A stretch of 64,000 nt of DNA from the human T2T-CHM13v2.0 reference genome, Homo sapiens: NCBI RefSeq assembly GCF_009914755.1, contig NC_060948.1. One strand, written 5' to 3'. The stretch's first letter is position 1. Each line of letters begins with the position of its first letter. Below, in pieces: positions 53,224 to 64,000 of the stretch. A program made the translations under genes and the position numbers. The notes under the pieces are model-generated. The model was not told the origin of the DNA. It saw only the letters and a program-made list of their open reading frames with translations, and made no database searches.

Positions 53224-56200
53224 GAATTCATTGGAATGGAAGGGAATGTAGTGTAATGGACAGGCCTGGAATAAAGTGGAATGCTACGGTCTCGAATGGA
53301 ATAAAAATGTATGGAATGGAATGCAATGAAACGGAATCGAATGTCATAGAATGTAATGGAATGCAAAAAAATGGAATCCAAAATCATTGACTGGAAAGGC
53401 TGGGTGTCGAAAGGAATTGACTCCAATGGAATGGAATCGAATGGAATGGAAGTGAATAGAATCGAACTAAATCGAATGGAATGGAATTGATAGGAACGGA
53501 ATGGAAAGGAATGCAATGATTTGGCATGGAATGGAATCGAATGGCATCGAATGGAATGGAATGGAATGCAATGGAATGGAATGTATTAGAATGTAATGAA
53601 CATTAATGGAATGTACTCGAATGGATTCGACTGGAATGGAATGTTCTGGAAGTGAATGGACTCCAATGGAATGGATTCGAAAGGAATGGAATCGAACGGA
53701 ATGGAATCTAATGGAATGGAATTAAATGGAAATGAATCAAATTGAATAGCACGGAATTGAATTGAATGGAATGGAATGCAATGGAATCTAATGAAACGGA
53801 AAGGAAAGGAATGGAATGGAATGGAATGGGCTGGAATGGAAAGGAATCGAAACGAATGGAATGGAATCGAACTGAAGAGACTGGAATGGAATGCACTGGA
53901 ATGGAAGGGAGTGTAATGGAAGGTTCTCGAAAATAATGGAAGCAAATGGAATGGAATTGAATGGAACGGAATAGAGTCGAATGGAATTGAATGGAATGGA
54001 ATGGACTAGAGTGAAATGGAATCGAACCACAAGGAATGGACAGGAATAGAATGGTCTCGAATTGAATGGAATCGTATGGAATGGCATCAAACGGAATGGA
54101 ATGGACAGCCACGGAATGGAATGCACTCGAATGCAATGGAGTCGAAACTTATGGACTGGAATAGAATGGACTCGACTGGTACGGACTCCAATGGAATGGA
54201 ATCGAATGGAAGGGAATCGAACGGAAGGGATTCGAACGGAATGGACTCGAAGGGAAAAGACTGCAATGGAAAGGTCTCGAATGGAATGGAAATTAATGGA
54301 ATGGAATGGAATCGAATGAAATGGAGTCAAAAGGAATGGAATCGAATGGCAAGAAATCGAATGTAATGGAATCGCAAGGAATTGATGTGAACGGAACGGA
54401 ATGGAATGGAATCCAAAGGAATGGAATAGAATGGAATGGAATCGAATGGAAAGGACTCGAATGGAAATCACTCGAATAGAATGAAATTTAATAAAATAGG
54501 ATCAAATGTAATTGAATGGAATGGAAAGGAATCGAAACGAAAGGAATGGAGACAGATGGAATGGAATGGAACAGAGAGCAATGGTATAGAATGGAATGGA
54601 ATCATCTGGAATGGAATTGAATGGAATGGAATAATATGAAATGGAATGGAATGGAATGGAATGGAATGCCCTTGAATTAAATGGACTGGAATGGAATGGA
54701 CTCGAACAGAGTGGAATGGAAAGTGTTGAGATAGAATGGAATGGACTCTTTTAGAATGCTCTAGTATGCAATGCAATCGACTGGCAGGGAATCAAAAGGA
54801 ATGTAATCGAATGGATTGGACTGGAATGCAATGGACTCGAATAGATTGGAAACGGAATGCAAAGGAATGGAATGGAATAGTATGGAATGGAATGGAAAGG
54901 AATGGAGTGGAATAGACTAGAGTGGAATGGAATGGACTGGAAAGCAATGGACTGGAATGGAACTTTCTTGAATGGACTGGAATCAAACGGAATGGAATGC
55001 AATGCAATCAAATGGCATGGAATAAAATAGAATGAAAGAGAATCAAATGGAATTGAATCGAATGGAATCGAATGGATTGGAAAGGAATAGAATGGAATGG
55101 AATGGAATTGACTCAAATGGAATGGACTAGAATGGAATGGATTCGAATGGAAGGCAAAGGAATGGAATCTATTGGAATGGACAGTAATGGAATGGAATGG
55201 AAGGGATTGGAATGGACTCGAATGGAATGGACTTCAATAGAAAGGATTCGAATGGAATGAAAAAGAATTGAATGGAATAGAACAGAATGGAATCAAATCG
55301 AATGAAATGGAATGGAATAGAAAGGAATGGAATGAAATGGAATGGAAAGGATTCGAATGGAATGCAATCGAATGGAATGGAATCGAACGGAATGGAATAA
55401 AATGGAAGAAAACTGGCAAGAAATGGAATCGAAATGAATGGAGTGTTATGGAACGGACTCAAAAGGAATTGAATGTAATAGAATGGAGTGGAGTGGACTC
55501 GAATATAATGAACTGGAATGGAATGAAATCACATGGAATGGGAACGAATGGAATGGAATGGAATGGAAAGGAATGGAATCGAATGGAAAGGAATCGAATG
55601 GAAGGGAATGAAATTGAATCAACAGGAATGGAAGGGAATAGAATAGACGGTAATGGAATGGACTCGAATAGAATGGACACGAATGCTCAAATTGAATGGA
55701 CTCGAATGGAATGGAAACGAAAGGAATGTCATCGAATGGAATTGAATCGATTGGAATGAAATCGCATAGAATGGAGTGGAATCAAATGGAATTGAATCGA
55801 AAGGAAAGGAAGCGAATGGACTGAAATGAAATGGAATGGAATTGAATGGAAAGTAATGCAATGGAATAGAATGGAACGAAATTTCACGGAATGGAATCAA
55901 ACTGAATGGAATCAAATCAATGGAATCAAATCAAATGGAATGGAAAGGAATTGAATGGAGTAGATTGGATTGGATGGGATTGGAATGAAATGTACTGGAA
56001 AGGACTCGAATTTCATGAAACGGAATGGAATGAATTGGAACGGAATGGACTCGAATGGAATGGAATGTCATGGAATGGCATCAAATGGAATGGCATCAAA
56101 TGGAATGGAATCGAATGCAATGGAATGCTATGGAATGGAATGGAATGCATTGGAATGGAATGTCCTCTAATGGAATGGATTCGAGTGGAATGGAATCGAA

Positions 56201-56787
56201 TATAATGGAGTCGAATGAAATGGAATTGAAAGGAATGGGATCGAATACAATGGAATATACTGGAATGTAATGTAATGAACTCGAATGTAATTGACTGGAA
56301 TGGAATGTACATGAATGGAATGTAATCGAATGGAAAGTAATCCAATGGAATAGAATCTAATGCAATAAAATCGACTCAGATAGAGTAGAATGTAATGGAA
56401 TGGAGTGCAGTGCAATGGAATGGAATGGAATGGAGTGCAATGGAATGGAATGGAATGGAATGGGATGGAATGGTATGGAATGGATAGTAATGGACTGGAA
56501 TGAAATGGACTGGAAAAGAATGGACTCAAATTGAAAGGGCTCGAAAGGAATGGAGTCAAATGGAATGGTCTGGAATGGAATGAACACGAATGTAATGCAA
56601 TCCAATAGAATGGAATCGAATGGCATGGAATATAAAGAAATGGAATCGAAGAGAATGGAAACAAATGGAATGGAATTGAATGGAATGGAATTGAATGGAA
56701 TGGGAACGAATGGAGTGAAATTGTATGCAGTAGAAGAGAATAGACTGGAATGCAAGCGAAAGGAAAGGAATGGATTGCAATGGAATG
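53224..56787 (+). repeat. DYZ1 unit U16 (3,564 bp)
   Basis: EcoRI-to-EcoRI. Canonical DYZ1 length, AAGCAAATGG subtype. Confidence 0.9.
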
Positions 56788-59700
56788 GAATTCATTGGAA
56801 TGGAAGGGAATGTAGTGTAATGGACAGGCCTGGAATAAAGTGGAATGCTACGGTCTCGAATGGAATAAAAATGTATGGAATGGAATGCAATGAAACGGAA
56901 TCGAATGTCATAGAATGTAATGGAATGCAAAAAAATGGAATCCAAAATCATTGACTGGAAAGGCTGGGTGTCGAAAGGAATTGACTCCAATGGAATGGAA
57001 TCGAATGGAATGGAAGTGAATAGAATCGAACTAAATCGAATGGAATGGAATTGATAGGAACGGAATGGAAAGGAATGCAATGATTTGGCATGGAATGGAA
57101 TCGAATGGCATCGAATGGAATGGAATGGAATGCAATGGAATGGAATGTATTAGAATGTAATGAACATTAATGGAATGTACTCGAATGGATTCGACTGGAA
57201 TGGAATGTTCTGGAAGTGAATGGACTCCAATGGAATGGATTCGAAAGGAATGGAATCGAACGGAATGGAATCTAATGGAATGGAATTAAATGGAAATGAA
57301 TCAAATTGAATAGCACGGAATTGAATTGAATGGAATGGAATGCAATGGAATCTAATGAAACGGAAAGGAAAGGAATGGAATGGAATGGAATGGGCTGGAA
57401 TGGAAAGGAATCGAAACGAATGGAATGGAATCGAACTGAAGAGACTGGAATCGAATGCACTGGAATCGAAGGGAGTGTAATGGAAGGTTCTCGAAAATAA
57501 TGGAAGCAAATGGAATGGAATTGAATGGAACGGAATAGAGTCGAATGGAATTGAATGGAATGGAATGGACTAGAGTGAAATGGAATCGAACCACAAGGAA
57601 TGGACAGGAATAGAATGGTCTCGAATTGAATGGAATCGTATGGAATGGCATCAATCGGAATGGAATGGACAGCCACGGAATGGAATGCACTCGAATGCAA
57701 TGGAGTCGAAACTTATGGACTGGAATAGAATGGACTCGACTGGTACGGACTCCAATAGAATGGAATCGAATGGAAGGGATTCGAACGGAATGGACTCGAA
57801 GGGAAAAGACTGCAATGGAAAGGTCTCGAATGGAATGGAAATTAATGGAATGGAATGGAATCGAATGAAATGGAGTCAAAAGGAATGGAATCGAATGGCA
57901 AGAAATCGAATGTAATGGAATCGCAAGGAATTGATGTGAACGGAACGGAATGGAATGGAATCCAAAGGAATGGAATAGAATGGAATGGAATCGAATGGAA
58001 AGGACTCGAATGGAAATCACTCGAATAGAATGAAATTTAATAAAATAGGATCAAATGTAATTGAATGGAATGGAAAGGAATCGAAACGAAAGGAATGGAG
58101 ACAGATGGAATGGAATGGAACAGAGAGCAATGGTATAGAATGCAATGGAATCATCTGGAATGGAATTGAATGGAATGGAATAATATGAAATGTAATGGAA
58201 TGGAATGGAATGGAATGCCCTTGAATTAAATGGACTGGAATGGAATGGACTCGAACAGAGTGGAATGGAAAGTGTTGAGATAGAATGGAATGGACTCCTT
58301 TGGAATGGTCTAGTATGCAATGCAATCGACTGGCCGGGAATCAAAAGGAATGTAATCGAATGGATTAGACTGGAATGCAATGGACTCGAATAGATTGGAA
58401 ACGGAATGCAAAGGAATGGAATGGAATAGTATGGAATGGAATGGAAAGGAATGGAGTGGAATAGACTAGAGTGGAATGGAATGGACTGGAAAGCAATGGA
58501 CTGGAATGGAACTTTCTTGAATGGACTGGAATCAAACGGAATGGAATGCAATGCAATCAAATGGCATGGAATAAAATAGAATGAAAGAGAATCAAATGGA
58601 ATTGAATCGAATGGAATCGAATGGATTGGAAAGGAATAGAATGGAATGGAATGGAATTGACTCAAATGGAATGGACTAGAATGGAATGGATTCGAATGGA
58701 AGGCAAAGGAATGGAATCTATTGGAATGGACTGTAATGGAATGGAATGGAAGGGATTGGAATGGACTCGAATGGAATGGACTGCAATAGAAAGGATTCGA
58801 ATGGAATGAAAAAGAATTGAATGGAATAGAACAGAATGGAATCAAATCGAATGAAATGGAATGGAATAGAAAGGAATGGAATGAAATGGAATGGAAAGGA
58901 TTCGAATGGAATGCAATCGAATGGAATGGAATCGAACGGAATGGAATAAAATGGAAGAAAACTGGCAAGAAATGGAATCGAAATGAATGTAGTGTTATGG
59001 AACGGACTCAAAAGGAATTGAATGTAATAGAATGGAGTGGAGTGGACTCGAATATAATGGACTGGAATGGAATGAAATCACATGGAATGGGAACGAATGG
59101 AATGGAATGGAAAGGAATGGAATCGAATGGAAAGGAATCGAATGGAAGGGAATGAAATTGAATCAACAGGAATGGAAGGGAATAGAATAGACGGTAATGG
59201 AATGGACTCGAATAGAATGGACACGAATGCTCAAATTGAATGGACTCGAATGGAATGGAAACGAAAGGAATGTCATCGAATGGAATTGAATCGATTGGAA
59301 TGAAATCGCATATAATGGAGTGGAATCAAATGGAACTGAATCGAAAGGAAAGGAAGCGAATGGACTGAAATGAAATGGAATGGAATTGAATGGAAAGTAA
59401 TGCAATGGAATAGAATGGAACGAAATTTCACGGAATGGAATCAAACTGAATGGAATCAAAGCAATGGAATCAAATCAAATGGAATGGAAAGGAATTGAAT
59501 GGAGTAGATTGGATTGGATGGGATTGGAATGAAATGTACTGGAAAGGACTCGAATTTCATGAAACGGAATGGAATGAATTGGAACGGAACGGACTCGAAT
59601 GGAATGGAATGTCATGGAATGGCATCAAATGGAATGGCATCAAATGGAATGGAATCGAATGCAATGGAATGTTATGGAATGGAATGGAATGCATTGGAAT

Positions 59701-60346
59701 GGAATGTCCTCTAATGGAATGGATTCGAGTGGAATGGAATCGAATATAATGGAGTCGAATGAAATGGAATTGAAAGGAATGGGATCGAATACAATGGAAT
59801 ATACTGGAATGTAATGTAATGAACTCGAATGTAATTGACTGGAATGGAATGTACATGAATGGAATGTAATCGAATGGAAAGTAATCCAATGGAATAGAAT
59901 CTAATGCAATAAAATCGACTCAGATAGAGTAGAATGTAATGGAATGGAGTGCAGTGCAATGGAATGGAATGGAATGGAATGCAATGGAATGGAATGGAAT
60001 GGAATGGAATGGAATGGAATGGGATGGAATGGTATGGAATGGATAGTAATGGACTGGAATGAAATGGACTGGAAAAGAATGGACTCAAATTGAAAGGGCT
60101 CGAAAGGAATGGAGTCAAATGGAATGGTCTGGAATGGAATGAACACGAATGTAATGCAATCCAATAGAATGGAATCGAATGGCATGGAATATAAAGAAAT
60201 GGAATCGAAGAGAATGGAAACAAATGGAATGGAATTGAATGGAATGGAATTGAATGGAATGGGAACGAATGGAGTGAAATTGTATGCAGTAGAAGAGAAT
60301 AGAATGGAATGCAAGCGAAAGGAAAGGAATGGATTGCAATGGAATG
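56788..60346 (+). repeat. DYZ1 unit U17 (3,559 bp)
   Basis: EcoRI-to-EcoRI. AAGCAAATGG subtype, shares GATTAGACTGG with U4. Confidence 0.9.
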
Positions 60347-63300
60347 GAATTCATTGGAATGGAAGGGAATGTAGTGTAATGGACAGGCCTGGAATAAAGT
60401 GGAATGCTACGGTCTCGAATGGAATAAAAATGTATGGAATGGAATGCAATGAAACGGAATCGAATGTCATAGAATGTAATGGAATGCAAAAAAATGGAAT
60501 CCAAAATCATTGACTGGAAAGGCTGGGTGTCGAAAGGAATTGACTCCAATGGAATGGAATCGAATGGAATGGAAGTGAATAGAATCGAACTAAATCGAAT
60601 GGAATGGAATTGATAGGAACGGAATGGAAAGGAATGCAATGATTTGGCATGGAATGGAATCGAATGGCATCGAATGGAATGGAATGGAATGCAATGGAAT
60701 GGAATGTATTAGAATGTAATGAACATTAATGGAATGTACTCGAATGGATTCGACTGGAATGGAATGTTCTGGAAGTGAATGGACTCCAATGGAATGGATT
60801 CGAAAGGAATGGAATCGAACGGAATGGAATCTAATGGAATGGAATTAAATGGAAATGAATCAAATTGAATAGCACGGAATTGAATTGAATGGAATGGAAT
60901 GCAATGGAATCTAATGAAACGGAAAGGAAAGGAATGGAATGGAATGGAATGGGGTGGAATGGAAAGGAATCGAAACGAATGGAATGGAATCGAACTGAAG
61001 AGACTGGAATGGAATGCACTGGAATCGAAGGGAGTGTAATGGAAGGTTCTCGAAAATAATGGAAGCAAATGGAATGGAATTGAATGGAACGGAATAGAGT
61101 CGAATGGAATTGAATGGAATGGAATGGACTAGAGTGAAATGGAATCGAACCACAAGGAATGGACAGGAATAGAATGGTCTCGAATTGAATGGAATCGTAT
61201 GGAATGGCATCAAACGGAATGGAATGGACAGCCACGGAATGGAATGCACTCGAATGCAATGGAGTCGAAACTTATGGACTGGAATAGAATGGACTCGACT
61301 GGTACGGACTCCAATGGAATGGAATCGAATGGAAGGGATTCGAACGGAATGGACTCGAAGGGAAAAGACTGCAATGGAAAGGTCTCGAATGGAATGGAAA
61401 TTAATGGAATGGAATGGAATCGAATGAAATGGAGTCAAAAGGAATGGAATCGAATGGCAAGAAATCGAATGTAATGGAATCGCAAGTAATTGCTGTGAAC
61501 GGAACGGAATGGAATGGAATCCAAAGGAATGGAATAGAATGGAATGGAATCGAATGGAAAGGACTCGAATGGAAATCACTCGAATGTAATGAAATTTAAT
61601 AAAATAGGATCAAATGTAATTGAATGGAATGGAAAGGAATCGAAACGAAACGAATGGAGACAGATGGAATGGAATGGAACAGAGAGCAATGGTATAGAAT
61701 GGAATGGAATCATCTGGAATGGAATTGAATGGAATGGAATAATATGAAATGGAATGGAATGGAATGGAATGGAATGCCCTTGAATTAAATGGACTGGAAT
61801 GGAATGGACTCGAACAGAGTGGAATGGAAAGTGTTGAGATAGAATGGAATGGACTCTTTTAGAATGGTCTAGTATGCAATGCAATCGACTGGCAGGGAAT
61901 CAAAAGGAATGTAATCGAATGGATTGGACTGGAATGCAATGGACTCGAATAGATTGGAAACGGAATGCAAAGGAATGGAATGGAATAGTATGGAATGGAA
62001 TGGAAAGGAATGGAGTGGAATAGACTAGAGTGGAATGGAATGGACTGGAAAGCAATGGACTGGAATGGAACTTTCTTGAATGGACTGGAATCAAACGGAA
62101 TGGAATGCAATGCAATCAAATGGCATGGAATAAAATAGAATGAAAGAGAATCAAATGGAATTGAATCGAATGGAATCGAATGGATTGGAAAGGAATAGAA
62201 TGGAATGGAATGGAATTGACTCAAATGGAATGGACTAGAATGGAATGGATTCGAATGGAAGGCAAAGGAATGGAATCTATTGGAATGGACAGTAATGGAA
62301 TGGAATGGAAGGGATTGGAATGGACTCGAATGGAATGGACTGCAATAGAAAGGATTCGAATGGAATGAAAAAGAATTGAATGGAATAGAACAGAATGGAA
62401 TCAAATCGAATGAAATGGAATGGAATAGAAAGGAATGGAATGAAATGGAATGGAAAGGATTCGAATGGAATGCAATCGAATGGAATGGAATCGAACGGAA
62501 TGGAATAAAATGGAAGAAAACTGGCAAGAAATGGAATCGAAATGAATGGAGTGTTATGGAACGGACTCAAAAGGAATTGAATGTAATAGAATGGAGTGGA
62601 GTGGACTCGAATATAATGAACTGGAATGGAATGAAATCACATGGAATGGGAACGAATGGAATGGAATGGAAAGGAATGGAATCGAATGGAAAGGAATCGA
62701 ATGGAAGGGAATGAAATTGAATCAACAGGAATGGAAGGGAATAGAATAGACGGTAATGGAATGGACTCGAATAGAATGGACACGAATGCTCAAATTGAAT
62801 GGACTCGAATGGAATGGAAACAAAAGGAATGTCATCGAATGGAATTGAATCGATTGGAATGAAATCGCATAGAATGGAGTGGAATCAAATGGAATTGAAT
62901 CGAAAGGAAAGGAAGCGAATGGACTGAAATGAAATGGAATGGAATTGAATGGAAAGTAATGCAATGGAATAGAATGGAACGAAATTTCACGGAATGGAAT
63001 CAAACTGAATGGAATCAAATCAATGGAATCAAATCAAATGGAATGGAAAGGAATTGAATGGAGTAGATTGGATTGGATGGGATTGGAATGAAATGTACTG
63101 GAAAGGACTCGAATTTCATGAAACGGAATGGAATGAATTGGAACGGAATGGACTCGAATGGAATGGAATGTCATGGAATGGCATCAAATGGAATGGCATC
63201 AAATGGAATGGAATCGAATGCAATGGAATGCTATGGAATGGAATGGAATGCATTGGAATGGAATGTCCTCTAATGGAATGGATTCGAGTGGAATGGAATC

Positions 63301-63890
63301 GAATATAATGGAGTCGAATGAAATGGAATTGAAAGGAATGGGATCGAATACAATGGAATATACTGGAATGTAATGTAATCAACTCGAATGTAATTGACTG
63401 GAAAGGAATGTACATGAATGGAATGTAATCGAATGGAAAGTAATCCAATGGAATAGAATCTAATGCAATAAAATCGACTCAGATAGAGTAGAATGTAATG
63501 GAATGGAGTGCAGTGCAATGGAATGGAATGGAATGGAATGCAATGGAATGGAATTGAATGGAATGGGATGGAATGGTATGGAATGGATAGTAATGGACTG
63601 GAATGAAATGGACTGGAAAAGAATGGACTCAAATTGAAAGGGCTCGAAAGGAATGGAGTCAAATGGAATGGTCTGGAATGGAATGAACACGAATGTAATG
63701 CAATCCAATAGAATGGAATCGAATGGCATGGAATATAAAGAAATGGAATCGAAGAGAATGGAAACAAATGGAATGGAATTGAATGGAATGGAATAGAATG
63801 GAATGGGAACGAATGGAGTGAAATTGTATGCAGTAGAAGAGAATAGACTGGAATGCAAGCGAAAGGAAAGGAATGGATTGCAATGGAATG
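60347..63890 (+). repeat. DYZ1 unit U18 (3,544 bp)
   Basis: EcoRI-to-EcoRI. AAGCAAATGG subtype, shares several private variants with U16. Confidence 0.9.
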
Positions 63891-64000
63891 GAATTCATTG
63901 GAATGGAAGGGAATGTAGTGTAATGGACAGGCCTGGAATAAAGTGGAATGCTACGGTCTCGAATGGAATAAAAATGTATGGAATGGAATGCAATGAAACG

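Larger units (their letters stand above)
1..64000 (+). repeat. DYZ1: Human satellite III (GGAAT)n array with ~3.56-kb unit, DYZ1-type (Yq12 heterochromatin)
   Basis: Seen: uninterrupted degenerate GGAAT/CGAAT/GGACT pentamers. Landmark sequences (GGAATTCATTGG, CAGGCCTGG, GCTGGGTGTCG, GACAGCCACGG, TGCCCTTGAA) recur every ~3.55 kb. EcoRI sites at 724, 4272, 7831, 11385, 14944, 18488, 22063, 24729, 28303, 31837, 35400, 38984, 42543, 46117, 49665, 53224, 56788, 60347, 63891. Established: DYZ1 is a 3,564-bp EcoRI unit of TTCCA-derived pentamers with a single HaeIII site. Assignment to chrY is inferred from this match. Confidence 0.93.

Noticed and set aside
11-63898. Hundreds of ORFs (61-319 aa) on both strands
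   Set aside because: (GGAAT)n has no stop codon in any frame and translates to MEWNG/IPFHS repeats. The ORFs recur with the unit, overlap in all frames, are broken by random variants and show no domain-like sequence.
1-64000. CRISPR-like, mobile-element or other novel gene system
   Set aside because: No repeat-spacer structure with unique spacers, and no terminal repeats, target-site duplications, transposase or RT sequence. Everything is pentamer-derived.
1-64000. DYZ2/Alu/L1 insertion or strand inversion
   Set aside because: No AT-rich DYZ2 or Alu sequence, poly(A) tail or switch to (ATTCC)n was seen.

Overview
The whole 64-kb window is non-coding tandem satellite DNA: degenerate (GGAAT)n pentamers (human satellite III type) in head-to-tail ~3.56-kb units, each with one EcoRI site (GAATTC) followed 38 bp later by one StuI/HaeIII site (AGGCCT). 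This matches human Yq12 heterochromatic DYZ1 (classical 3,564-bp EcoRI / ~3.4-kb HaeIII male-specific repeat). Cut at EcoRI there are 18 complete units (U1-U18; 3,534-3,584 bp, except U7 = 2,666 bp, which has a 903-bp deletion) plus partial units at both ends. All are in one orientation, with no Alu/L1, DYZ2 or unique sequence seen. All listed ORFs are artefacts of the stop-poor pentamer (MEWNG/IPFHS reading frames). I see no gene or new protein-based system. The features of interest are array architecture (a ~45.4-kb-offset duplication, a very recent one-unit tandem duplication, a 6.24-kb-offset duplication around the deleted unit, mosaic units, recurrent 15-bp indels, pentamer phase slips confined to one sub-domain) and two invariant plus one polymorphic perfect heat-shock elements per unit. 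All comparisons were made by eye and from the ORF-track offsets, not by computed alignment.
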